Shown in pieces: positions 29,835-38,943 of a DNA stretch of 64,000 nt. Position 1 is the stretch's first letter. Each line of letters begins with the position of its first letter. Origin of the DNA: a virus. The position numbers were made by a program, and so were the translations under genes. The notes under the pieces are model-generated. The model saw only the letters and a program-made list of their open reading frames with translations. It ran no database searches and was not told the DNA's origin. Location of the stretch: the IMG/VR virus record IMGVR_UViG_3300010413_000018, positions 64,001 to 128,000 of that record; one strand, 5' to 3'.

Positions 29835-30733
29835 TATTTGCCAATTTTAAACCTCTTCCCAACTTGTTCCGGTGCGTAACGGCAAATAACGACTTTGTCT
29901 TTCGCTAGAATGTTCGTGATCGCATACCCTTCAGGCAGCTGTGATTGCATCAAGTCGAGAACTTCGTTTACTGCTATTTCCATGTCCGCTTGCGCGGCTT
30001 GATAGCGTTCGTTGGCGCGTAGAGCTTGCGCTATTTCCATGTTCAGTCGACGTTGAGCTTCTTCTTTTGCTTTAGTGCGTATCGGATTGGCGATGTTTGC
30101 CATGGCCAATTCAGACGCTTGCACTTTGTACGCTTGCAAATCTGGAAGAGTTAGTTGGATGACTGGATTCTCGCCGTCATTTTGACCTTGTACCGCTTGC
30201 TTTGGGATTAACGGTTGAACGGTAGCTGGTTTATTTACAGCTACTGGTGAGGGTTGAATTGGAGGCGCAGCCGCTATTTTAGGCTGACCAGTCGGTGGTG
30301 ACGGTGGTTTGACTTCAGCTTTGGGCTTTACAGCGCTCGCAATAGGCGTGATGTTGCCTATTTCCGCAGCTCTATTTGCCATTTCACGTCGTCTGGCACG
30401 TTCTTCCATTTCGCGCTTTTTTCTTTCTAGGCGCGCTTGCCGCGCTGCATCTCGATCATCGTCACCGTTTTCAGGTTCCGGAGGTTCACTCATCGGTTGA
30501 ACAACTGGCTGAGCAACTTGCACAGGAGCGGGCTCTAAAGGTGTAAGTTGCTCAGCTATTGGTTGAGTGGGTTCCGGGTCTAACGCCGTTTGTTCGTCAG
30601 CAGCCGTATCCATTTGAAGTTGCGGCTCTTCTACTTTCTTTCTACGTGTGTACTTTCTCTTCGGCGCGGTAGACGTTTTAACACTCTTCTTTTTAGTTGT
30701 TGCTTTTTTAGTTCTGGCTTTCTTTTCTGGCAT
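29834..30733 (-). CDS. Hypothetical protein with Lys-rich and Pro-rich disordered N-terminal half
   Basis: SD-like GAAAGGA upstream; low-complexity N-terminus and helical C-terminus. Confidence 0.55.
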   Translation of the reverse strand: MPEKKARTKKATTKKKSVKTSTAPKRKYTRRKKVEEPQLQMDTAADEQTALDPEPTQPIAEQLTPLEPAPVQVAQPVVQPMSEPPEPENGDDDRDAARQARLERKKREMEERARRREMANRAAEIGNITPIASAVKPKAEVKPPSPPTGQPKIAAAPPIQPSPVAVNKPATVQPLIPKQAVQGQNDGENPVIQLTLPDLQAYKVQASELAMANIANPIRTKAKEEAQRRLNMEIAQALRANERYQAAQADMEIAVNEVLDLMQSQLPEGYAITNILAKDKVVICRYAPEQVGKRFKIGK

Positions 30734-30780
30734 AACGGTCCTTTCCTTCCCTTTTGGAAACGTTATTTATGGGTTACTGA

Positions 30781-32652
30781 TTATCCACGAATGATCGTGG
30801 GTCCGGGATCCAAGAAGAACTGCGTGGACGTAAAGGCCCAACCCAAACGCTTGAACGCATCTCCCGCATCCGACGGCGCCGAACCTAACGCAACCGGTCG
30901 GCCGGTTCCATCGGGTCCAAATAGAGCCGCAGCAGCGGTGAACGAAGCACCCGAGTCGGTAACCAAGCTGCCCGGCATGGCTATTTCCGCTCGAACCGTA
31001 CCACCCGCGTCACCGGTTCCGCCCGTAAGCGCAATACCGATAAACTTCGAGTTGGTGTTCGCGTTGCCGTTCCATTGAGTGATCCGACCAGAAGTCGAAG
31101 ACTGCGCCAAGCAGTCACCGGCCGTAATCGTTACACCGTTTTCAATCGGCAGTTCTTGAGTCGCGCCAGTAGCAACAACCGAAGCCAACGCATTCAAAGC
31201 ACCGATGATGCTCGTAATGCCTTCAAAAACTTCGCCAGTGCCAGTCGCGTCGAGGGTACGATCGCCAGTTTGTGACAGCGTAATACCGCTGTTACCAACG
31301 TCGTCTAGTACTAGTTCGCCAGCTGCTGAATCCAAGCTGAGGTTTCCAGCCGAAGTCGAAATGGCTGAAGCAGCTCCGCCCGAGATGTCAAACCCACCAG
31401 CACCCGCGTTCAGGTCGAGCGCGATCGCGTTGAGTTCAACTTCAGTTGAGGAACCGTTACCAACAACGATGGTTCGCGCTGCAGCGCCAGTACCAATGTT
31501 GATGTTCTGTGCTACTGCGTCAGCGCCGATGCTTATTGCTCCACCGGAACTTTCAATGGCGATAGCGCCAGTTGCGTCTATTTCGATGGTAGAAGCGTCT
31601 ACGTCTAGCAGAGCCGCTGACGAAATTGCCAACGTTCCTAAAGTCGTGGTTGACAAAGTCAATCCAGCACTCGCAACCGTGAAATAGGAAGCTGCCGCAG
31701 CATCCAGCTCGATTCCGCCAGCTGCACTTACGTCTAACTTCCCAGCACCCGCTGCAGTGATCGCAACGTTCTGGCCGCTGGTCGGAGTAAGAGCAACCGC
31801 ACCTGCACCGTCAACTACCATCACGCTGGAACCGCCGTCTTGCACGTCGAGAGCGTTGCCGCTTCCGCCGTTGTCGATTTCCACGCCAGTGCCAGTCGCG
31901 TTGGCACCCATGGTAACCTGCAAACCAATACCACCAGTTGACGAAGTCGGAGTACGACTAACGGTCAACACGGTCGTGGTGTCACTATTGGTGTCGTTAG
32001 CGAAGTCGATGGTGCCTTCCGCCGACGTTACGTCGATGGTGCTACCTGCTTCGTACGCAGTTTGCAAAGTGTCCGCACCCGCTGCCGTAATGGCCGCGTC
32101 CAACTGGTCTAGTGCAGTCATCAGGTCGGTCGCTGTTACATTTGCTAGTAGCGATGGATCAACGCCTATTGAGTAGGCACCACAGTTTGTACCAGAGGCT
32201 GCCAAGTTATACGCTGCATTGTCTGGCCCATTGTCGTTGACGGCAACTAGCCACAACGCCGATAGGTAATCGGTTACCGAGCTACCTATTGAGACAAGAC
32301 CAGCACCAAGAACAAGGTTTTCTTCCAAGTTCACAGTGTCGCCAGAACCCGAACCGAGATTGATCGTGTCGTCGCCGGAACCTAGGTTTACGTTACCATT
32401 CGCAGTAAACGTACCCGTTACGGTTTCGTTGGTTGATACGATTTCGGATCCGTCAACAGTCAGGTCACCCATGACGCGGACAAGTTCGCCGGACTTACCT
32501 AGTTGCAGTTCGTCGCCTGCTCCTAGGTTTGCACCGATCGTCATATCCGCGCCAGCAGTGCGCTGGCTAATTACGTTTACGTCAAGGTCGTCGCTAGTTC
32601 CTAGCTGTGCGACATACCCAGTGGTGGTATCTAATTTTAATGCAATGGCCAT
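30781..32652 (-). CDS. Putative head fibre with C-terminal capsid-cement (DUF2190-like) domain
   Basis: Gly/Ala/Thr-rich beta-repeats; C-terminal ITAGDCL...FIGIAL...LGWA...LDPG; strong SD AAGGAG. Confidence 0.6.
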   Translation of the reverse strand: MAIALKLDTTTGYVAQLGTSDDLDVNVISQRTAGADMTIGANLGAGDELQLGKSGELVRVMGDLTVDGSEIVSTNETVTGTFTANGNVNLGSGDDTINLGSGSGDTVNLEENLVLGAGLVSIGSSVTDYLSALWLVAVNDNGPDNAAYNLAASGTNCGAYSIGVDPSLLANVTATDLMTALDQLDAAITAAGADTLQTAYEAGSTIDVTSAEGTIDFANDTNSDTTTVLTVSRTPTSSTGGIGLQVTMGANATGTGVEIDNGGSGNALDVQDGGSSVMVVDGAGAVALTPTSGQNVAITAAGAGKLDVSAAGGIELDAAAASYFTVASAGLTLSTTTLGTLAISSAALLDVDASTIEIDATGAIAIESSGGAISIGADAVAQNINIGTGAAARTIVVGNGSSTEVELNAIALDLNAGAGGFDISGGAASAISTSAGNLSLDSAAGELVLDDVGNSGITLSQTGDRTLDATGTGEVFEGITSIIGALNALASVVATGATQELPIENGVTITAGDCLAQSSTSGRITQWNGNANTNSKFIGIALTGGTGDAGGTVRAEIAMPGSLVTDSGASFTAAAALFGPDGTGRPVALGSAPSDAGDAFKRLGWAFTSTQFFLDPGPTIIRG

Positions 32653-32688
32653 CTTTTACTTTCTCCTTAGTGTGTGCCTTGGTTAGGA

Positions 32689-33096
32689 TTAAACGCTATC
32701 GAAAATAGCATCCAGATCTACGTCGTACTCAGTTTCGGTAGCGGTTACGTCTACGAATAGATGACCCGCTTCCCTTGTTGCTCCATTCCGTACCGTGTTT
32801 GTTGGTACGATGAAATTTTCAAGCATGCGCTGTGCCGTTTCGTTTTCAGTCTGCAGCACTTCTTCCGGTGATATTTGTATGATCGGGCATTTTGTACGTT
32901 CAAAGAACTTAAGGGTGTCGTCTTGAATTCTATCAAACGCTACCCGAAATTGAAACTTTCCGTCGCGCATGAACGGTGCCGCTAAAGTTTCATTAAGCTG
33001 ATACAGCTTAACGGGTATAGTGTCCGACAATGACTGGTCTTCGACGAACACGCGGCGTTCTTTGTCCGACGCGATTTTTACTGGTAATTTTGCCAT
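32689..33096 (-). CDS. Hypothetical protein
   Basis: SD GAGGT; lies within the head operon. Confidence 0.55.
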   Translation of the reverse strand: MAKLPVKIASDKERRVFVEDQSLSDTIPVKLYQLNETLAAPFMRDGKFQFRVAFDRIQDDTLKFFERTKCPIIQISPEEVLQTENETAQRMLENFIVPTNTVRNGATREAGHLFVDVTATETEYDVDLDAIFDSV

Positions 33097-33103
33097 GAGT
33101 ACC

Positions 33104-33691
33104 TCATAGGATTATTGGGTTGTCCGGATCAAATAGTATAGTCGTAGCACTTAATACTTGACCAATTTTTTGAATTACTGTTCCTGGCGTAGTTGGTAAA
33201 GGTGGTGTTATTAATCCACCTGATACTCCTAAAAATAGATCATCGCCTGGCGTAAGTCCAGTAAACCCAGTAATTACTCCAAAGAACGCAAGCGTGGCAG
33301 TCGCCGTTGACGGCTTTTCAATTATTACGCCTACCACCGGAGCAGTCGCCACGCTTGTGTTATCAGCGATGTTCGCTTCATTACTACCCGTCGCGTAAAC
33401 TAGGTTACGGATTGCTGAAGAAACTGGAACCGAAAACTGGCCTGAACTGGAAACGACTTTAGATGAATCACCTAGTGCGTTTAAAAGAGATTGGAGGGAA
33501 GTGACCGGATCGTCGTACCATTTACCAAATCCGCTCCCGTAAAGAATGCGTTTAATTTGAGAGCGTAGCGCATTAAGATCATCGCGGAGACTTTCTGCAT
33601 CGGTCTGAAGTGTTGAACCGGCCGGTTGATTGTCCGTATAATCATCCGACCGGTTTACTTGTAACTCTTGATCGAGTAGCTGTTTGGCCAA
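33104..33691 (-). CDS. Capsid-cement-like (head fibre base) protein
   Basis: TTG start after AAGGAG; C-terminal VVGVII...GLTPGDDLFLG...QKIGQV...FDP resembles the C-terminus of 30781..32652. Confidence 0.55.
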   Translation of the reverse strand: MAKQLLDQELQVNRSDDYTDNQPAGSTLQTDAESLRDDLNALRSQIKRILYGSGFGKWYDDPVTSLQSLLNALGDSSKVVSSSGQFSVPVSSAIRNLVYATGSNEANIADNTSVATAPVVGVIIEKPSTATATLAFFGVITGFTGLTPGDDLFLGVSGGLITPPLPTTPGTVIQKIGQVLSATTILFDPDNPIIL

Positions 33692-33709
33692 AATACCGCT
33701 CCTTGCTTT

Positions 33710-33738
33710 ATAGTATCACGGATACGGTAGCCAGTCAG
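33710..33738 (-). promoter_or_regulatory. Sigma70-type promoter CTGACT-N17-TACTAT with extended TG
   Basis: Intergenic, upstream of the SD of 33104..33691. Confidence 0.45.
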
Positions 33739-33770
33739 CGCGTTCCGCAAGCGAAATAAGGAGCGTGTGT

Positions 33771-34376
33771 TTAGCCAATACCCTTCGCCCGAAGTAGCTT
33801 TTTAAGAATACGGGGACTGTACTTTTCTGGAATACTTACGCCGCTATCTTCGCACAATTCAAGCAGTGCGGAAGGTGACATAGCATCCAAGTTTATGCTT
33901 TCGCGGTCTTCGTCGTTTTCTAGCTCAGTGTCGTCAACTTCCAACGCTTTATGCACTACGTCTTCCGTCATCACAACGTTGTTGTCTCGCATTACACCTT
34001 CTTTTTTCAAGTCAACGTCGGAAACGTCTTTGCCGAAATCAGCAAAATCACTCTTCTTTTGCTTCTTTGACTTCGGAGGGCGCACGGTCGGTTCCGGTAA
34101 TGCTCCTTGAAATGCTAGTCCTTGAAGACCGGCTGCTCGCATTGCGAGCGCAAGTTCTTCTCGTGCGGTTGCTCTGAACTGCTCTTCAGTCATTACGTCG
34201 AAGTATAGCGCCCCACTGTCCTGCTTTAAGTCAGCAATTTTTGCCGCGTTAGCAGGTTTCATTTGATACCATTCACCGGACACGAAAAGCTTATCGCCAA
34301 CGGTCACACGTCGCGCCAATTGGCCTTGAGCCTTACTGTACGGTTTAATTCGCACATAACGTATTTCGTCTGACAT
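33771..34376 (-). CDS. Hypothetical protein downstream of the capsid genes
   Basis: 201-aa ORF with SD; short helical C-terminal domain. Confidence 0.55.
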   Translation of the reverse strand: MSDEIRYVRIKPYSKAQGQLARRVTVGDKLFVSGEWYQMKPANAAKIADLKQDSGALYFDVMTEEQFRATAREELALAMRAAGLQGLAFQGALPEPTVRPPKSKKQKKSDFADFGKDVSDVDLKKEGVMRDNNVVMTEDVVHKALEVDDTELENDEDRESINLDAMSPSALLELCEDSGVSIPEKYSPRILKKLLRAKGIG

Positions 34377-34404
34377 AATAATACCTATCCTTCCCTAGTA
34401 AGCA

Positions 34405-34428
34405 CCATCCCCGAATTAACGGGGATGG
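34405..34428 (-). terminator. Stem-loop after the capsid and decoration genes
   Basis: CCATCCCCG-ttaatt-CGGGGATGG, perfect 9-bp stem. Confidence 0.55.
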
Positions 34429-34461
34429 CGGTGGTTTTGTTAGTCTACTTCGTTCGGAGGC

Positions 34462-34788
34462 CTATTGACACCATACCGAAATTTCAATACCGGTATGACC
34501 GGATACGTCGGTTCCGTTAGCCACTTGCGCTCCAACGGCGCCGTTGGTCGACGCAGCGTACGCGCGTAGCACGCCGCTGGAGTCAACTTTCACGAAGCGA
34601 AGAACGGTTCCGTTGTCGGATCCAACAGTCTCGGAATACTTAACGGTTCCGCCATCAAGTTGATCCGAAACGTCGTAGCCATCCGGATTCGGGTACGAAC
34701 TGTCCAGGTCGACGTTGAGTTTAACCCAGTAACCCGGAGCTTTGGTCGTCCGATGGGACTTTGCATTGCTATTGATCGTGATTGCCAT
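34462..34788 (-). CDS. Head decoration protein (putative)
   Basis: Directly after the major capsid gene, strong SD AGGAG; DSSYPNPDGY...QVANGTDVS pattern. Confidence 0.6.
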   Translation of the reverse strand: MAITINSNAKSHRTTKAPGYWVKLNVDLDSSYPNPDGYDVSDQLDGGTVKYSETVGSDNGTVLRFVKVDSSGVLRAYAASTNGAVGAQVANGTDVSGHTGIEISVWCQ

Positions 34789-34832
34789 GATGTTCTCCTA
34801 AACCAAAAGGTTAGTGTTATGCTCGGGACTGA

Positions 34833-35771
34833 TTAGACAGCCTGGATGCCCGTGGTTTTGACGACGGCCGGCTCGTGCGCAAATTTGAAATCTACGCGAG
34901 CGGTCACGACCATAATCCATACACCAGCGGAAATATCTTTGTCGGTTTCGACGCGAATATTGCGCCACACGCCAAACAGCATGTTGGCCGGATCCAGCAG
35001 AAGCATTACGGTTTCGTTCGTGCCTGCGCCCAAGTTGATCGGGAAAACTGGAACGCCTTCAACCGGAATGCCTTCGAACCCACGAGTCATCGCGCCGACA
35101 ACATGCTCGTCGCCTAGCGGAGTTGCGCGATCGCCTAGTTCTTCGTGGTAGTCGATGACGGATTCGTCAGCGGTGTAGAAACGCAGTGCGCGCCGATCTT
35201 GTCGGAACTCACTCGGCATGGTCTTTAGCGCGCCCTTACAGATGGGGCGATCCAAAGTGGCGGTTCCGCCCAAAGACACGTTCGTGGACGCTTGCTTGAT
35301 AAACCCATTGAGGGTTACCAACAACGTGTCGGAGCTGGTCGTGTCGCCGTTGAAAGCCAAGTCTTCGAGGTCCAACGAAATCCGTTCCGCCAAGGTTTCT
35401 TGTACGGTCGTCTCGAAGTTACCACGCTCGATGGAATCTTCGAGAGCTTCAAACGAGACGCGAGTTTCCGCCTTTACGAGCTGAGCATCCAGTTCGATCT
35501 TGTCGGTGTCGGGTCGGGCTCGGTTAGCTTCGGATAGCGCCGTATTCTCGTAACCCTTCCGGAGCGCGCGCGATCCATATCGGATCTTCTCGCGGAGTTC
35601 CTTCGGAGCTTTCATCGAGACGTACGTCATCTTCGGCATAACGACTGCCTTGTCGATCGCTAGACGAATGAAACGATCAAGCTGTGCTGAGTTGAGGAGG
35701 CCTCCGGGTGCAAGTTGAGCCAACGCGAAGTCCGCCTTTTCTATGATGGTTCGATTTTCTTCCATGGACAT
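34833..35771 (-). CDS. Major capsid protein (HK97 fold)
   Basis: GGLLNSAQLDRFI; EALEDSIERGNFE...DLEDLAFNGD; GIPVEGVP; RVDFKF; SD AAGGAG. Confidence 0.92.
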   Translation of the reverse strand: MSMEENRTIIEKADFALAQLAPGGLLNSAQLDRFIRLAIDKAVVMPKMTYVSMKAPKELREKIRYGSRALRKGYENTALSEANRARPDTDKIELDAQLVKAETRVSFEALEDSIERGNFETTVQETLAERISLDLEDLAFNGDTTSSDTLLVTLNGFIKQASTNVSLGGTATLDRPICKGALKTMPSEFRQDRRALRFYTADESVIDYHEELGDRATPLGDEHVVGAMTRGFEGIPVEGVPVFPINLGAGTNETVMLLLDPANMLFGVWRNIRVETDKDISAGVWIMVVTARVDFKFAHEPAVVKTTGIQAV

Positions 35772-35809
35772 GAGTTGTTACTCCTTGTGTGTTAAGTCAC
35801 CAGTATCGC

Positions 35810-37150
35810 TTAGTAAATCCACTTATTTGGTCTGTCATTGGAACGCGAGTCCGGTGACACCTTACCCGCTCCCACTTCTTCTTGCCGAGACGCCGGAGCT
35901 TCCGGAGTTTTTAGCAAGCTCGAAATTTGTTTTTCCATGCTCTCCATGCGTTTCATCACAGGAGCAAGAATGTTGGTTGGATCGTCTTTCATAGCGTCCG
36001 CAACTGACTTATCTTCTGGAGACCCGCCAGTGCCAATGCTACCGATCGCGTTAGGCTTCTGTTCGTTGTTGGCTAGAATTTCATCAGCGCTTTTTTGAGC
36101 CACATCGGCCGGACTGATTTCTTCAACCAGTGCGCTGAGAGTTTTGATGGCGCCGCGCAACGTTGCCAAACGCTTAGAACTCATCTTCGCGCCCTTTTTG
36201 GCTACGGCAGTAATAAGCCCAGAAACGTACTCAGCGGATTTGGAGAGTATTTCACTGTCGCTTTCGTCGATGTCCCCTACGACATCTTTATCCGCCGAAG
36301 CTTCATCTTTCTTTTCGGTCGCAGCCGGCTCTTGCGCTGTAGGCTTATCTTCCGGTTTGGCGTCTTCTTTCTTTTCGGTCGCAGCCGGTTCAGCCGGAGT
36401 TTCTTCTTTCTTCTCAGTGGCTGCTGGAGCTGCATCTTCTTTCTTGTCTTCCGGCTTTACGTCTTCTTTCTTCTCGGCCGGAGTAGCTTCTTCCTGCTTG
36501 GGCATAAGCACTTTTACGGCGTCCAATAGCTTTTGAAGCTTCTTGGCGTTTTCTTCTGTCGGTTCCGCGTTCTTATCAACGCCAAACAATCGACCCATGA
36601 TGTCTGCAACCTCGTCCGGTCCGCCTGCTTCAGCGATCTCAGCCATAATAGCTGCCATTGCCTTTAGCTTATCCGAAGCTTCCGTTCCTAGCGCAGAAAT
36701 AGGATCTCCCTTTTCGACTTCGTTCGGAAACTTAACGAGCAGGTCGTTCAGTTGCACGACGATGTCTTTGATCTCAACTGCTGCTTCACCGGGCATGGGC
36801 TTTTCGCTGGCTTCGGTGGTCTCTTCCGCTTTGCTGATTGCTTCATTGAGATTGACGAGTTTTTCCAGAGCTGCGGTAAGCGCGTTATCCATTTCTTGCC
36901 GCGCGGCAGCCGGAATCTTTTTGGTGAACAGTGCGGGCATAGTATGTACTCCCTTTTCTTGTTTTACAGTTATAAACCTTCGCTTATTCGCAGCACGATC
37001 TACAAGAGATACTTCTTCCGGAAGTATATCATGTAGGCGAAACCTTGCATCTGGGTCAACCTTTAAAATAAAATTTATTGCTCTTAGCCAAGCTTCTTTA
37101 TTTTGCGGTTTTGCCATGTTTTGACTCTTATCTCTAAGTAAACCATTCAA
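35810..37150 (-). CDS. Capsid scaffolding protein carrying an N-terminal protease strand (EVSLVDRAAN); likely internal start at 36940
   Basis: Acidic coiled coil with Pro/Ala/Glu/Lys repeats upstream of the capsid gene; AAGGGAG-N8-ATG at MPALF. The upstream start may be the ATG at 37117. Confidence 0.75.
   Translation of the reverse strand: MNGLLRDKSQNMAKPQNKEAWLRAINFILKVDPDARFRLHDILPEEVSLVDRAANKRRFITVKQEKGVHTMPALFTKKIPAAARQEMDNALTAALEKLVNLNEAISKAEETTEASEKPMPGEAAVEIKDIVVQLNDLLVKFPNEVEKGDPISALGTEASDKLKAMAAIMAEIAEAGGPDEVADIMGRLFGVDKNAEPTEENAKKLQKLLDAVKVLMPKQEEATPAEKKEDVKPEDKKEDAAPAATEKKEETPAEPAATEKKEDAKPEDKPTAQEPAATEKKDEASADKDVVGDIDESDSEILSKSAEYVSGLITAVAKKGAKMSSKRLATLRGAIKTLSALVEEISPADVAQKSADEILANNEQKPNAIGSIGTGGSPEDKSVADAMKDDPTNILAPVMKRMESMEKQISSLLKTPEAPASRQEEVGAGKVSPDSRSNDRPNKWIY
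36308..36389. repeat. Direct repeat encoding PAATEKK in the scaffold
   Basis: TTTCTTTTCGGTCGCAGCCGG occurs twice, 60 nt apart; degenerate copies extend to ~36480. Confidence 0.7.
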
Positions 37151-37156
37151 TTAAGT

Positions 37157-38554
37157 TTAGCGCAAGCTTTCTCTGATAGCAGTTCCGCCAATTGAGAATC
37201 CAGTAAAAACGCCTGTTTTGACCGAATCCCATAGTTTATCATCGATAACGCGTACCGCCATTAGCCAAGTTCCTACTGGAAGAGTCTCGCCACCATGCAC
37301 TTCTTCCGTCTTAGTGACGTAAGTTTCCAGTACGCGCACGCCGTCAATAGGCTGGCCAGCGTGCATTAGTTTGAATACGCCGCTTGATTTTTCCATATAA
37401 GCGTGTGCGGCTTTTTTCACTTCGTCTGCGCTGTAAATTTCACCTTGAGAGTCTACCTCATCAGGCACCAATACTACGCCAAAAACAAAACGTTCGTCTT
37501 TAGCTCCACCGGTATCCTCTGAGCTGTCAGCTTTTAGAATGCGCACCGCAGCACCTTCACTTTTATTAACGCTTTTTTCCGCGTTTTCAAGCATACGCCG
37601 CGCTTTATCTTGCAATTTCTTTTGCGCCGCAGCATCAAAACCCGGTATCTTTGCTTGAGGAATACGGGCTATTGCGTTACGAAGGTGAGGAAGATCGACT
37701 TTACCGTTCTGATCTTTTACTGGAAAATGCCGTAGGCTTCTTGGCGTAGTTTTTCCTTCTCCATCTTTTTTACCACCGGACTCAATCAGCAAAAATGAGC
37801 TGTCTGGTAAGTTATTAATAAACGCGGCAGACCATACGGCTTTTTCTGTTGCATCCGCACTTTTAGTTGGCATCAAGCCGCGTTCTTTTAGTTCTTGCAC
37901 GATCAGACCGTGTGCGTGTTGAATCTTGCCTATTTCCGCACTCGGTAGCTCGTCGTCTGAAACCATATCGATAAGGCTACCGCGTAGTAGCAATAACTCT
38001 TCATACGGCGCGTTTTTGATGTCCAGTATTTCTGGATTATTAATAAAAGCTTGTGGGTCTACCATCGGATCGGCAGCGTCTACTGCTAGGTCTACTGAAG
38101 ATCCGTGCTTTTTCAACACAACAGGAATCGGAAAAGCTTGCACCAAGCTGAATGGAATGTAGTAGAATTTTTCTACGTCTTCGAATTCACCACGGTTCTT
38201 ACTGCACACGCTATTGTCTACTTGCTCGACAAACTGCTCAACGTTAGTACTACACACTGGTGCGCCTTGCTGCACAATTCCGTACGCAATAGGAGAACCA
38301 TCTGACGCCATTAAAACTTGCTGTTCACCAATCTTTGAAATTTGTGGACGTTGGGAAAACAAGCCAGCGCTTTTTTCTGCCAATAAGCGCTGTAGAATAA
38401 AAGCTGGCGACTCTACTTTCACAGTGGGCATAATCCCGCTGGGCAATTCTACTTTCCGACTACGGCGTTCTTTTTCTTTTCCGCCTTTACCGCCACAACG
38501 TTTTTCATCGAGAATACGCTTTGCTTCAAGTAGAATTTGTTCTTTTGTCGCCAT
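37157..38554 (-). CDS. Prohead protease (XkdF-like serine protease) with N-terminal extra domains
   Basis: RFVFGVVLVPDEVDSQGE...AAHAYM...LMH...GTWLM...WDSVKTGVFTGFSIGG; upstream INNLPDSSF...RHFP...HLRNAIAR domain; start refined to MATKEQ. Confidence 0.85.
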   Translation of the reverse strand: MATKEQILLEAKRILDEKRCGGKGGKEKERRSRKVELPSGIMPTVKVESPAFILQRLLAEKSAGLFSQRPQISKIGEQQVLMASDGSPIAYGIVQQGAPVCSTNVEQFVEQVDNSVCSKNRGEFEDVEKFYYIPFSLVQAFPIPVVLKKHGSSVDLAVDAADPMVDPQAFINNPEILDIKNAPYEELLLLRGSLIDMVSDDELPSAEIGKIQHAHGLIVQELKERGLMPTKSADATEKAVWSAAFINNLPDSSFLLIESGGKKDGEGKTTPRSLRHFPVKDQNGKVDLPHLRNAIARIPQAKIPGFDAAAQKKLQDKARRMLENAEKSVNKSEGAAVRILKADSSEDTGGAKDERFVFGVVLVPDEVDSQGEIYSADEVKKAAHAYMEKSSGVFKLMHAGQPIDGVRVLETYVTKTEEVHGGETLPVGTWLMAVRVIDDKLWDSVKTGVFTGFSIGGTAIRESLR

Positions 38555-38559
38555 TGTAA

Positions 38560-38904
38560 TTAAACTTTCTGGATTCCCCAGCTGGCACGTTCCGTTGGAG
38601 GCGGTTCCCAATGACCCGTATCTAACTTAGTGCGTAAAGCCACGGGTAGCATGTCGAGCGCTCGGGTAATAGAGTACTTCATGTCACCACGCATGACCAT
38701 GAATAAATCATAGCACATGTTGGTGCGTTGTTTAATTTCTCCCCGAGTTGGATTTGTCGCCAACGAGATGATTTTGCTTTGTAGTCGGCCGGCATCTGTC
38801 GCGAACGACTTCGCTACTGCATCGACGCAAGCTTTGGTGAAGCGCGCTAATTCCTGCTGGTTTAGCATACTTTCGAGTATTTCTTTTTTTGATTTCACGA
38901 TCAT
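38560..38904 (-). CDS. Hypothetical protein
   Basis: 114-aa ORF in the head operon. Confidence 0.55.
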   Translation of the reverse strand: MIVKSKKEILESMLNQQELARFTKACVDAVAKSFATDAGRLQSKIISLATNPTRGEIKQRTNMCYDLFMVMRGDMKYSITRALDMLPVALRTKLDTGHWEPPPTERASWGIQKV

Positions 38905-38943
38905 GCGTCTAATTTACCGTGTTCAAAAAGATACGTCCAATTT

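Noticed and set aside
36300-36480. Spaced direct repeats that could suggest a CRISPR array
   Set aside because: In-frame coding repeats (PAATEKK) in the scaffold, few and degenerate, with no cas genes.
37151-37159. Stop-codon readthrough or recoding joining protease and scaffold
   Set aside because: Two in-frame TAA codons would both have to be read through, and TAA, TAG and TGA all end genes normally elsewhere, so there is no sign of an alternative genetic code.
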